Positions 25,960-34,815 of a stretch of DNA of 55,559 bases are shown here, one piece after another. The translations under genes and the position numbers were made by a program. The notes under the pieces were generated by a model. It worked only from the letters and a program-made list of their open reading frames with translations, did no database searches and had not been told where the DNA came from. This DNA comes from Candidatus Woesearchaeota archaeon (GTDB lineage Archaea; Nanobdellota; Nanobdellia; Woesearchaeales; GCA-2686295): the NCBI GenBank assembly GCA_016784125.1, contig JADHVI010000004.1, forward strand, positions 1 to 55,559, in the 5' to 3' direction. Within the stretch, counting starts at the first letter, position 1. Each line of letters starts with the position of its first letter.

Positions 25960-26934
25960 ATGATTAAATTCGGAGAAGCAATAGCCAATTTAGGTTTTGA
26001 TATAGACAAGTTTGAATTAGAACATTCTTTGTCAGGTTCTAATAATAATGTTATAGGTTTAAAGTATGATAGAAAAATAACTTGGGCCATATCAATTTCT
26101 TTTCCAAAAATTGCGATGACAAATGAGAAAAGAGGTAAATATGTTCGATTGCAGAAAATATGTGCTTATTTGACTGATGAATTCAAGGAAGGAATAGCTA
26201 TTGATGAAAATTCTAAATTCATGTTTGATGGTAATTGTTTTTTATGTGATTCAGAATCTACGAAGGCATTTCTAGTAAACTTGGCTGAACAACAAAGCTT
26301 TGAATTAGGAAAGGAGTTTCTCGATTATGATTCTGAGTTTTTTGTCAAGAAAGGAGCACCTGCATCAGAAACTTTAGAGTATGACATTGATTTCAAAACG
26401 ATAATGCTTCAAGGTTTGTCTATTCTACATAAAGAAACTGGCGTGGTTGAACTAATAGATAAAGCATTGGCAGTGGAAATAATTCTTTGTGCTATTTCTG
26501 ATTTAAAAGAAGCAAAACTATCGGAACACACTAATAAAGTTGCGAAAAAATTAGGTATAAAATTTAATCCTGAACAAGATGTATTAATACAACCATTTAT
26601 TGAATTAGAAGCTTTGATACGATCAACAGATGTTTTGGATCATATAGTAAAATCATATATTGCTAAGCACAAATTGGATGCTCATATTCATAAATGCTTT
26701 ATTCATGGAGATGCTCATGGAGGAAATTTTATTGTTGTCCAAACAAAAGACGGAAAAGAAGTTCATCCAATAGATGTTGAAGATGCAAAAGGAATTAAGA
26801 ACAAAGAACATTATTTATTTGATCTTGTTAAGTTTATTGTCTCTGCATACAATTTGTCAAGAATATTCAAGAAGCCATTAGAAGTTGATGATCTGGTTGA
26901 TATTTATTATTCTTTTTTTCAAAACTTTTATTAA
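25960..26934 (+). CDS. APH/choline-kinase-family phosphotransferase-like protein
   Basis: Brenner motif HGDAHGGN (HxDxxxxN), followed by IDVEDA (metal-binding Asp region). Confidence 0.6.
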   Translation: MIKFGEAIANLGFDIDKFELEHSLSGSNNNVIGLKYDRKITWAISISFPKIAMTNEKRGKYVRLQKICAYLTDEFKEGIAIDENSKFMFDGNCFLCDSESTKAFLVNLAEQQSFELGKEFLDYDSEFFVKKGAPASETLEYDIDFKTIMLQGLSILHKETGVVELIDKALAVEIILCAISDLKEAKLSEHTNKVAKKLGIKFNPEQDVLIQPFIELEALIRSTDVLDHIVKSYIAKHKLDAHIHKCFIHGDAHGGNFIVVQTKDGKEVHPIDVEDAKGIKNKEHYLFDLVKFIVSAYNLSRIFKKPLEVDDLVDIYYSFFQNFY

Positions 26935-26956
26935 GAAAAACCATTCACTTTTTTTC

Positions 26957-27634
26957 ATGACTCAAACATTTGTCTTAAGTCTTGGTGGTTCTTTAATTGT
27001 TCCAGATGAAATTGATGTTGAATATTTGAAAAAGTTCAAGGCTTTGATTGAGCGTTATGTTTCTTTGAATTTTCGTTTCGTCATAGTAACTGGTGGTGGC
27101 AAGGTTTGTCGGAAGTACCAGCAAGCTTTGACAGAGTTGATTGGTGATAACCAGGAAGGTTCTGATTGGATGGGTATTAGTTTGACACATGTTAATGCAC
27201 AACTTGTCAAAGGCATGTTTTCTGATGTTCACCCTGAAGTTATTATGAACCCAACAAATAATATTGATTTCAAAGAAAATATTTTGGTTGCTGGTGGTTG
27301 GAAGCCAGGATTTAGTTCTGATATGGACGCGGTTTTGCTGGCAAAGAAGTTTGGTGCTTCAACAGTTATTAACCTTAGTAATATAGATTATGTATATGAC
27401 AAGGATCCAAAGTATCATGATAATGCTCAAAAGATAGAGAATATTTCTTGGCATGACTTCAGAAAAATTGTTGGTGACAAATGGGTTCCTGGTTCACATC
27501 TGCCTTTTGATCCGGTTGCTAGCAAAGAAGCTGCAAAAGCAGGTTTGAAAGTTGTAATTATGAATGGTTCTGACCTTGAAAGCTTGGAGAATATTTTCAA
27601 AGGACAAACTTTCAAAGGAACAAGAGTTAGTTAG
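26957..27634 (+). CDS. pyrH: UMP kinase, archaeal type (amino-acid-kinase fold)
   Basis: ORF track start 26885 overlaps the previous gene. ATG 26957 gives MTQTFVLSLGGSLIVPDE, VIVTGGGKVCRKY, AGGWKPGFSSDMDAVLLAKKFGA and NIDYVYDKDP. Confidence 0.75.
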   Translation: MTQTFVLSLGGSLIVPDEIDVEYLKKFKALIERYVSLNFRFVIVTGGGKVCRKYQQALTELIGDNQEGSDWMGISLTHVNAQLVKGMFSDVHPEVIMNPTNNIDFKENILVAGGWKPGFSSDMDAVLLAKKFGASTVINLSNIDYVYDKDPKYHDNAQKIENISWHDFRKIVGDKWVPGSHLPFDPVASKEAAKAGLKVVIMNGSDLESLENIFKGQTFKGTRVS

Positions 27635-27665
27635 TTTTTTATATTTATATTAATTTCTTTTTTCT

Positions 27666-28040
27666 ATGAAAGAATATAAAATCACAAAAGTAAGCTTTGA
27701 GGATGGTAATTTATGGATTTTTTTTGCAAATGTAGGTATTTCTGTTAATTTTGTAGCTTATGGTAAAGAAGATTCATATCATAATTCTGATGCTGCTGAG
27801 AAAATGAAGAAGGGAGATACGATTTTACTTGAAGGTATGCTTGGAGATGAACCAACTGATTTTTTGGGAATTGGTACTGTAAAATCAGTTTTTTGGCAGA
27901 ACCCTGAAGGTGAAAACACACCTGTTTATTTGTCAACATCAAAAGTTCATGTAGCCCCCAATTCTTTTCTTTCTTATGAAACTTATTCAAAACTTAGGGA
28001 TTATACTGCCTTGTTTCAGAATATAAATAATTCTAATTAA
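27666..28040 (+). CDS. Hypothetical protein (124 aa)
   Basis: Clean ORF with an AT-rich promoter-like upstream region; no family recognised. Confidence 0.5.
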   Translation: MKEYKITKVSFEDGNLWIFFANVGISVNFVAYGKEDSYHNSDAAEKMKKGDTILLEGMLGDEPTDFLGIGTVKSVFWQNPEGENTPVYLSTSKVHVAPNSFLSYETYSKLRDYTALFQNINNSN

Positions 28041-29236
28041 TCTTCTAATTTGATCTTTATAAGTTTCTTAGAATGCCGATCTACAATTGTTGCAAGTATC
28101 AATGAGTAAATCATGAACATTAAAACTAAATCAATTATTACTGCTAATTCTGGGATGTTCATAACTGAGAGTGAGAATACAACTGCTGCTACTGCTATGC
28201 CTTTTGGCATGTTAAGCGTCATAAAAACTTTTTCCCTTAGTTTGTACTTGCCCTTTCTTAGAGCAATAGCGATTGCTAGCCATCTTGCAATGAGCATAAT
28301 ACCAAACAGTGCGAGTGACCTGAAGAAGAAACTCCATGACAAGTCAACTTGAACTAGGAAACCTATGAGTACGAAAACTAATATTTCTAGCGCGGTTGAG
28401 AATATTGAACTGAACTCTTGTAATCTGACTTTGCTTTTGATGAATGTGTTTCCAAACAATAATCCCATTGTTGCAACGCTTAAAACTCCGCTACCACCTA
28501 AGTTCTCGGCTAAGATATAAGATAATAGTGCTGCAACGATTATTGCTAAAGGTGATAATTGTTCATGATAAGCTTTTTTCATGGCTTTGAAAATTATTAC
28601 TCCAACAACTACTCCTGCGCCCACTCCAACAATGATTTGTTGTAAGAATGGAAGTAATTGGTCCATTACACTTTGAACAATTTGTCCACTCTTTGAAGCT
28701 GAAAGGAAGTTGATTATTAAGAAAGGAACAATAACAATTATTGGAGTGTTTATGATTGATTCAATTTCTAGGACTTCGATGACTTTTGTTATTTTCCCTC
28801 TCATCATTGAGAATATTGCTCCTGGGTCAGTTGCAGCCATCAATACTGCAAACAAGAGCGATATGAGCACGAAATTCATCGAGAAACTAGGAAATATTAG
28901 TGCGCTGGTAAAGATTGTTAGTAATATAATATTTAATAGCAAGAACCAAAGAAATATACGCATTGCATCGCCTGAGAATTGATCTATATCTTTGAATTTA
29001 AATCTTGAGGAACCATCAAATGTGATCATTACCAATGCTAAGACTGCAATGGAAAGTAGGAATGTGGGAGAAAAATCAAAGACCGCTGCATCGTTGTAAG
29101 CAATTGTTTTTAAGCCAATACCTAACGCTATTAATAGTAAAACATTTGAAATCTGCAATCGTTTGGAAATAATAGTTACAACTAAACCTGCTAATAATAC
29201 GATTGCAATGCTTGTCAGAACAGTTAATGCCTCCAC
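28037..29236 (-). CDS. Monovalent cation/H+ antiporter (CPA1/NhaP-like)
   Basis: 399 aa with about 11-12 TM segments; LFAVLMAATDPGA resembles the conserved ATDP motif of Na+/H+ exchangers. Confidence 0.75.
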   Translation of the reverse strand: MEALTVLTSIAIVLLAGLVVTIISKRLQISNVLLLIALGIGLKTIAYNDAAVFDFSPTFLLSIAVLALVMITFDGSSRFKFKDIDQFSGDAMRIFLWFLLLNIILLTIFTSALIFPSFSMNFVLISLLFAVLMAATDPGAIFSMMRGKITKVIEVLEIESIINTPIIVIVPFLIINFLSASKSGQIVQSVMDQLLPFLQQIIVGVGAGVVVGVIIFKAMKKAYHEQLSPLAIIVAALLSYILAENLGGSGVLSVATMGLLFGNTFIKSKVRLQEFSSIFSTALEILVFVLIGFLVQVDLSWSFFFRSLALFGIMLIARWLAIAIALRKGKYKLREKVFMTLNMPKGIAVAAVVFSLSVMNIPELAVIIDLVLMFMIYSLILATIVDRHSKKLIKIKLED

Positions 29237-29334
29237 ATACTCACCTCAAAGAAGATTGTTGAGGTGGAAGTTTATTAAGTTTTCTAAATTGAAATTGTTT
29301 AAATTTATAAAGTTCTGTTGATTACTATATGTAG

Positions 29335-30198
29335 ATGGCACAAAATACTAGTATTTTTCCAGTTGAATCTCGTCTTATCAGAGCAACAGTTAGCAATGGT
29401 CAGCTTGCAAGTTTGCAGAAAAAAGGTGTTGAATATATGCACAACGCAGCTATGCCTGGTGTTACACCGCATGACTTTGAATGGAGCAAATCTGAGATTG
29501 TAATGTTTCCTGTTGTAGGACCTGTTGACACAGATGGTGATTATCATGTTTCATTAGGCGACGAGCGTTACCAGCTTGATCAACACGGAATTTCTCGAGC
29601 ATTACCTTTTGAAGTTAAAGAACATAATACAACTGATAATTTAGTTAGGTTGGTTCAATCCTATGAGGGCGGTTCAATTCCTAATCCAAAGAGTGGTGGG
29701 GATAATAATCCTTTAAAACTTAATTGGGTTCCTTATACTTTAGAGAAAACTCTTAGAGTTCAAGACTGGGGTGCGTCTGTAACTTTTCATTTAACTAATA
29801 ATTCTACTAAAGATATGAAGTATATGTTTGGTTGGCACCCTGCTTTCAAGATTGGAGGAACAAAGGAAAAGGGTAAACTAACTGCTGTTAATGGAGAAGA
29901 ATATTCTTTAATGGACGTTGTCGATGTTAAAAGGACTACTGGTCATTCAGCAATATTTGTTGAGAATGCGAATAAAATCAAGTACACAAATGGTCGGTAT
30001 GGTTTTGAAATGATTGCAACTGGTTTCAAACATTTCATGCTTTGGTGCCCTGATCCTTTTTCAAGTATGTTTTGCATTGAACCTGTAACTCATCTTCCAG
30101 TACGTGATACTCAAGAAAGGAATTATTTGAATGGAGATTATGAAACTTTAAAACCTGGAAAATTGGCTTATTTCTCTGTTGCAATTAAGATGTTATAG
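29335..30198 (+). CDS. Aldose 1-epimerase (galactose mutarotase-like) family protein
   Basis: MFPVVGPV, YQLDQHGISRALPFEV, FGWHPAF and FCIEPVTHLP match conserved blocks of the family; TATA TTTAAATTTATAAAG about 23 nt before the ATG. Confidence 0.6.
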   Translation: MAQNTSIFPVESRLIRATVSNGQLASLQKKGVEYMHNAAMPGVTPHDFEWSKSEIVMFPVVGPVDTDGDYHVSLGDERYQLDQHGISRALPFEVKEHNTTDNLVRLVQSYEGGSIPNPKSGGDNNPLKLNWVPYTLEKTLRVQDWGASVTFHLTNNSTKDMKYMFGWHPAFKIGGTKEKGKLTAVNGEEYSLMDVVDVKRTTGHSAIFVENANKIKYTNGRYGFEMIATGFKHFMLWCPDPFSSMFCIEPVTHLPVRDTQERNYLNGDYETLKPGKLAYFSVAIKML

Positions 30199-30802
30199 AA
30201 TTCTTTTTTCCTTCTTCAACAATTAAAGCATGATATTCCTGAAATAGCTTCACATCTTTTGGAAGGTTTTTTTCGAATAATATTTTTATCGCTTCATAGC
30301 TTTCTTTGCCTGTGATGAGTCCTTTTTTTGTCAGTAGTCTTTTTGTATAAGCATCTACTATGAACTCTGGCTGGTTGTAGGCATATAACATTATTGAATC
30401 GGCTGTTTCGTTGCCGACTCCTTTTACTGCCAGTAGTTCTTCCCTTGTCGGAGTTTTGCCGTTTAATTGTTTGTAGAACCATGCAATGTTGACCAGATAA
30501 TCTGTTTTTTGATTGAAGTAGCCTGCTGGTTTAATTGCTTCGCGGATTTTTTCTTTGCTTGTGGCTAATATTTGCTCCGCATCTACGCATTTAATATTCC
30601 TTAAATTTTCAATTGCAGTCTCTACATTTGTCCAAGCAGTGTTCTGAGTTAGAATTGCACCTATAATAACTTCAAATTGTTCTTGCTCGTTTCTTGGATA
30701 TGAATAGTTTTCTTTGTGATAAACTCCTTTAATTGGCCACCAGCCTTGCAAGCCGTATAATTCTAGGAGCTCATTGTATAGTTCGAGAATTTTATTCATC
30801 AT
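30185..30802 (-). CDS. HhH-GPD superfamily protein, endonuclease III-related (COG2231-like DNA glycosylase)
   Basis: GAILTQNTAW and LLAVKGVGNETADSIMLYA (helix-hairpin-helix, Gly/Pro loop) then VDAY Asp; 14-nt convergent overlap with the epimerase gene. Confidence 0.7.
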   Translation of the reverse strand: MMNKILELYNELLELYGLQGWWPIKGVYHKENYSYPRNEQEQFEVIIGAILTQNTAWTNVETAIENLRNIKCVDAEQILATSKEKIREAIKPAGYFNQKTDYLVNIAWFYKQLNGKTPTREELLAVKGVGNETADSIMLYAYNQPEFIVDAYTKRLLTKKGLITGKESYEAIKILFEKNLPKDVKLFQEYHALIVEEGKKNSITS

Positions 30803-30860
30803 TTTACTAAAACAGAAGAATTTAAATATTTTAGTGAAACTATTTTCTTTGGGGGATAAT

Positions 30861-31205
30861 ATGGAATTAAAAGAATATCAAGAACTTTGTAAAACAACTT
30901 CTAAGACTTATGATGATCCAAACATGGAGATTATGAATTGGGGTCTTGGCGTTGCTGGCGAAGCTGGTGATTTAGTTGGTTGTATCAAGAAAACCGTTGC
31001 ACATAAGAATGACCAAGTTTCTGGAATTAAGGAAAATATTGGCGACACTATGTGGTATTTGGCTATGATCTGTAATTTTTATGGTTGGGATTTTAGTGAA
31101 GTTTTGGACGAAAACATCGATAAATTGCAGAAACGCTATCCAAAAGGTTTTTCACATAAAGATGCTGGTAGAAATGGTACTAGGGTTGATTGGAACGAGA
31201 AATAA
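30861..31205 (+). CDS. MazG-like nucleotide pyrophosphohydrolase
   Basis: ATG 30861 follows SD GGGGGAT. LGVAGEAGDLVGCIKK and IGDTMWYLAMI (E-x-x-E/D metal motifs of all-alpha NTP-PPases). Confidence 0.7.
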   Translation: MELKEYQELCKTTSKTYDDPNMEIMNWGLGVAGEAGDLVGCIKKTVAHKNDQVSGIKENIGDTMWYLAMICNFYGWDFSEVLDENIDKLQKRYPKGFSHKDAGRNGTRVDWNEK

Positions 31206-31457
31206 TTTTTTTGTATATTTTTACTTCTTCTTTTTGGTAGATTACATTAAAAGATTGGATGTTGTTGAGTAACATATTTTTTGAGGCTTCGAATCTGTTA
31301 GATCTCCAAGTTTTATGAATCGGTCCGACTATTGTGAAATCGAATAATAATGGATTACAGCCATTTCCAAACATTACTTTTAATGAGACTTATATTTTTT
31401 CCCTTTTTTTACAAATTAGTTTTAGACTAACTAGGACGAGAAATAGTTAATACTTTG

Positions 31458-32657
31458 TTATGGTTCTCGGTGATATATGGCTATTCTTTTGTCATCTGGT
31501 CGATCTACAATCAAATCCATATCTTTTGTCAAATTAGATAATTGAACGCTAATCTCTTCGATTCGTTCTTGAAGATATGATTCTATTGTTTTGTCAGTTC
31601 CTCGAGGAAAAGTTATGTCTTGAGGCGAAACCGCTATTTTTGAATTTATAACTGTTGTATATAATTTGTAACTGCTCGCACCTTCTCTTCGTCCATTCAC
31701 CATTATTGTAACTGTGCGCGTTTGTGATTCCTGATATGCTTTCTCTACAAATTCTCCAACTGTTAATGTTCCTAGATTGACGTTCTCTGAATCTAAGATA
31801 TCTTGTTCTCCGTAAATTGTAACTCTTTTTTCACTATTAGTGTCCATTTCAATCTTAAAGTTGTTTGTTCGCTCTGTTATTGCTTGTAACAAGTAATTCA
31901 GTCTTTCATCAAAAAGCATCTCAATTGGTTCGTCGTGATCTTCATGTTCTATTATAATACCCTCATCGGTGTATTCTGGTTTTAGTTTAGGAGTGTGTCT
32001 GTATGTAATATTATATCGTTCATCAGTGGCGGATCTGCCTTTGCTTTCGCACGTTAGAATAATTGTTGAAGACGCATTTTCTTGAGCTACTTGGTATGCA
32101 TCTGATGCTAGTTTTCCTATATCTCCAGCTATTTTCGGCTTCGTTGGTGGGGCTGGTGGTGCAGTTTTGACAGGGTTAGTTTTTTTTGGTTTATTTCTTG
32201 TAAGTAAATCCCGGTTCTCTAAGGTTCTTTCTTCATCAAAGTTATTTTGTGTAATTAATTCTGCTCCCATCTCATCAAGCGCATCATCTTCTGGACTTGT
32301 GCCTAGAACTTCATTTAGTGTGTGATAAAGTATTGCATCACATTCGCTTCCGCTGCCAAACAATGCTCCAACTCTTCTTTCTTCTAGAGATGATCTTCCT
32401 TGATTGTGTAGTGCTTCGTCTTCAGGGATTATTCCTAGTCTGTGATTTAAGTAGAAGTATGTGGTTGCATCTATTTCTAAGGCGCCTTGTTTATCGAATA
32501 ATCTGTTCCAATCTTCTTGTTCGATATTTTCAGAAGTTACTCCCAAATTTGTCAATGCAGTTTGATAGTTTGACAAAGCAGATTCTCGCCTCTCAGTGAA
32601 TGATTGTATGAGCAAATCATCCAATGCAAAATGTCCGACATTATCGGGGTTTGCCAT
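31458..32657 (-). CDS. Hypothetical protein (399 aa) with internal repeats and a Pro/Lys linker
   Basis: Repeats YFYLNHRLGIIPEDEALHNQG / ILYHTLNEVLGTSPEDDALDEMG; linker KPKKTNPVKTAPPAPPTKPK; no family recognised. Confidence 0.55.
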   Translation of the reverse strand: MANPDNVGHFALDDLLIQSFTERRESALSNYQTALTNLGVTSENIEQEDWNRLFDKQGALEIDATTYFYLNHRLGIIPEDEALHNQGRSSLEERRVGALFGSGSECDAILYHTLNEVLGTSPEDDALDEMGAELITQNNFDEERTLENRDLLTRNKPKKTNPVKTAPPAPPTKPKIAGDIGKLASDAYQVAQENASSTIILTCESKGRSATDERYNITYRHTPKLKPEYTDEGIIIEHEDHDEPIEMLFDERLNYLLQAITERTNNFKIEMDTNSEKRVTIYGEQDILDSENVNLGTLTVGEFVEKAYQESQTRTVTIMVNGRREGASSYKLYTTVINSKIAVSPQDITFPRGTDKTIESYLQERIEEISVQLSNLTKDMDLIVDRPDDKRIAIYHREP

Positions 32658-32770
32658 ATCACCAGGTTTGTTTTACTTATTTATAAATCTTTTCATATTA
32701 GTTACTAACTAGTAGTAATAACACTTATTTTTATTGGTTTATCTTCTAAAGAACGAGCTGTTTTACAAAA

Positions 32771-33148
32771 TTAAACAAGAACTGCGTTAACGAATCCTTC
32801 TTGGCTTGGTCTATTTGTTACTTTTGCTTTGCCTTTTGGCGTTTCGATGATTGCGCCTTTTGAAAGAATGTTTCGTCTGACAAAGTGTCTATTGGCCGGG
32901 TTTTCCAATATTGTCTTCAAATCTGCGATTGAAGCTTTATTGGTTTTAGGATCCATTAAATTAACCTTGTTTACGCTTAGAAGTCTGAGTTTACTATTGC
33001 CTCCCAGGGTTCTCTTTGTCTTTAATTTTTTTTCTCCAACGCTTGTAAGTACTGGTCTTCTTCCTGTTTGAGCATTTCTTTTAGGAACTTTTGCCTTGTA
33101 CCTTCCTCCTGTTGGTTTTCTTTTAGACCTTTTCTGAATTATTGTCAT
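32771..33148 (-). CDS. rps8e: Ribosomal protein S8e
   Basis: RSKRKPTGGRYKA... and C-terminal GFVNAVLV; 125 aa. Confidence 0.9.
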   Translation of the reverse strand: MTIIQKRSKRKPTGGRYKAKVPKRNAQTGRRPVLTSVGEKKLKTKRTLGGNSKLRLLSVNKVNLMDPKTNKASIADLKTILENPANRHFVRRNILSKGAIIETPKGKAKVTNRPSQEGFVNAVLV

Positions 33149-33303
33149 GTCGCTTTGGAAAAATATTCTATTTAAAAAAGTTGTGATATTGGTCTTTCAA
33201 TAACTTTATAAATAAATCGTTGTTCTCTTCTTGCTAAGGATGAGTTGGTCACTGAGGCTCACTCAAGCTGGGTAAGGGCTTAATTCTTACGGAGTTGATT
33301 AAT

Positions 33304-33759
33304 ATGGCTAGAATGCATTCAAGAAAACATGGTGTGTCTGGGAGTACTAAACCTGCAAAGAAGATTTCTCCTTCATGGGTTAGTTATAAATCCAAAGAAG
33401 TTGAATTGCTTGTAGTTAAGTATGCGAAAGAAGGTTTGTCGCCTTCACAAATTGGTATAAGGTTAAGAGACACATATGGTGTGCCTGATGTTAAGCTGAT
33501 TGTTAAGAAATCTATTGGTAAGATATTGGGAGATGGAAAACTTCTCAAAGATATTCCTGAGGATTTAATGGCTTTGATTAAGAAGTCGATTTTAATTAGG
33601 AAGCATCTTGAGGAAAACAAGCATGATCAACCTGCTAAGCGGGGCTTGCAACTTACAGATTCTAAGATTGGACGTTTGAGCAAGTATTATAAGAGAACAC
33701 ATAAGTTGCCTGCGGATTGGAAATTCGATTCTAGAAAGGCAAGAATGTACTTGGATTAG
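33304..33759 (+). CDS. rps15: Ribosomal protein S15 (uS15, S13e-type)
   Basis: First ATG 33304 gives MARMHSRKHGVSGSTKP...; C-terminal S15 helical domain KHDQPAKRGLQLTDSKIGRLSKYY. Confidence 0.9.
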   Translation: MARMHSRKHGVSGSTKPAKKISPSWVSYKSKEVELLVVKYAKEGLSPSQIGIRLRDTYGVPDVKLIVKKSIGKILGDGKLLKDIPEDLMALIKKSILIRKHLEENKHDQPAKRGLQLTDSKIGRLSKYYKRTHKLPADWKFDSRKARMYLD

Positions 33760-33775
33760 AACCTATTAATTTTTT

Positions 33776-34555
33776 TTATGCTATTTTAAAACTAGTGTAT
33801 AATTTTGACATTAGGGATTTTCTTTGTTCTTTTTTTGTTACAATATAAAATGGTGAATTTTCTCCTTTAATAGGTGTTATATTTCTTTTAAGTTTTAAAT
33901 CTGAAATTGCTTCTCTTGTCATAGGTGTTTCAAATGCAGATTTATGAATTAATATTGCATTTTGTTTTGTATATTCTGCGAATATTTCAAGAACTGAGGG
34001 TGTTTGCACATCCCATGTGTAAGCAAATACTACGTCTGCTTCTTCTAGTTTAATTCCTAAATCTGCGTATACATCGTGATTGCTTGATTCGGGAATAAGT
34101 CTTATTTCGTTATCAACAATCCATTCTGATACTTCTTTTTCGTGTTGTTGTGCGATGCTTCCGTTGTTGAATCTTATTGCAGAGTATTCTATTGGAAAAT
34201 AGCTTCCTTTTACAACTTTGCAAATTGTTTCTGGTAGTAAGAGCCCTACTTTTCGTGTGAGTGCGATTAATTCTTGTGCTCCTCTGGCCAGAGTTGGGTT
34301 GTATTCTATGCCTCCTGCCACTAATCCTATGTGTGCAGCAGAAATTGTTGGAAGCCCTAGTCCTGCCCCTAAGTCTATGAATTTCATCCCTGGTTCTATT
34401 ATTCCCAATTCCATAAATCTTCTAAAATATTCTATGGTTGTTTCTGGAAATGTTTCGTAGTATGCGGTTGTTCTTACTTCTTTAGAATTTTCTATTATGA
34501 AATCTGAGTTCATCATACTTAAGAATTCTACTAATTCTTGATCTTTTTTGTTCAT
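33776..34555 (-). CDS. Class I SAM-dependent methyltransferase
   Basis: Motif I FIDLGAGLGLPT followed by GIEYNP (motif II acidic residue region). Confidence 0.65.
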   Translation of the reverse strand: MNKKDQELVEFLSMMNSDFIIENSKEVRTTAYYETFPETTIEYFRRFMELGIIEPGMKFIDLGAGLGLPTISAAHIGLVAGGIEYNPTLARGAQELIALTRKVGLLLPETICKVVKGSYFPIEYSAIRFNNGSIAQQHEKEVSEWIVDNEIRLIPESSNHDVYADLGIKLEEADVVFAYTWDVQTPSVLEIFAEYTKQNAILIHKSAFETPMTREAISDLKLKRNITPIKGENSPFYIVTKKEQRKSLMSKLYTSFKIA

Positions 34556-34620
34556 GCAACGGGTTTTTTCTTTTCATTTATAAACCTTATTAGTTGTTAC
34601 TTATAAGTGAATAAAAAACT

Positions 34621-34635
34621 AAAGATTTATATATT
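34621..34635 (+). promoter_or_regulatory. BRE/TATA promoter of the RHH/kinase-like pair
   Basis: AAAGATTTATATATT; the identical 13-mer AAAGATTTATATA recurs at 42478 and 54901. Confidence 0.5.
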
Positions 34636-34665
34636 AGTAATACTTTTTGCCACCGGGTAGTGATT

Positions 34666-34815
34666 ATGAAGCATAAGATTAGTATCTCGGTGGACGAAGA
34701 AACTCTAATAAAAATAAGAGAAGGAATTCGACAAAGAAAATTTAGAAATCGTTCTCACGCATTCGAATACTCTATAGAAAAAGTTTTGCAGGAGGTGAAA
34801 AAAGATGCCTCTTGA
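34666..34815 (+). CDS. Ribbon-helix-helix (CopG-family) DNA-binding protein, 49 aa (below ORF-track threshold)
   Basis: Hand translation: MKHKISISVDEETLIKIREGIRQRKFRNRSHAFEYSIEKVLQEVKKDAS. Beta-strand KISISVDEE plus the FRNRSHAxE helix is typical of RHH. Overlaps the next gene by 11 nt. Confidence 0.6.
   Translation: MKHKISISVDEETLIKIREGIRQRKFRNRSHAFEYSIEKVLQEVKKDAS

Noticed and set aside
31180-31374. 64-aa minus-strand ORF overlapping the 3' end of the MazG gene
   Set aside because: It overlaps a supported gene, has no promoter or SD context and no recognisable motif. The surrounding 250 nt is better treated as non-coding, possibly a decayed remnant.
33200-33303. G+C-richer leader upstream of rps15 (ggatgagttggtcactgaggctcactcaagctgggtaagggc) as an autoregulatory RNA structure
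   Set aside because: I found only short, weak stems by eye (TGAG-GCTCA-CTCA). S15 leader regulation is established for bacteria, not for this archaeal context, so the evidence is too thin for a finding. It is worth including in any RNA-structure scan.
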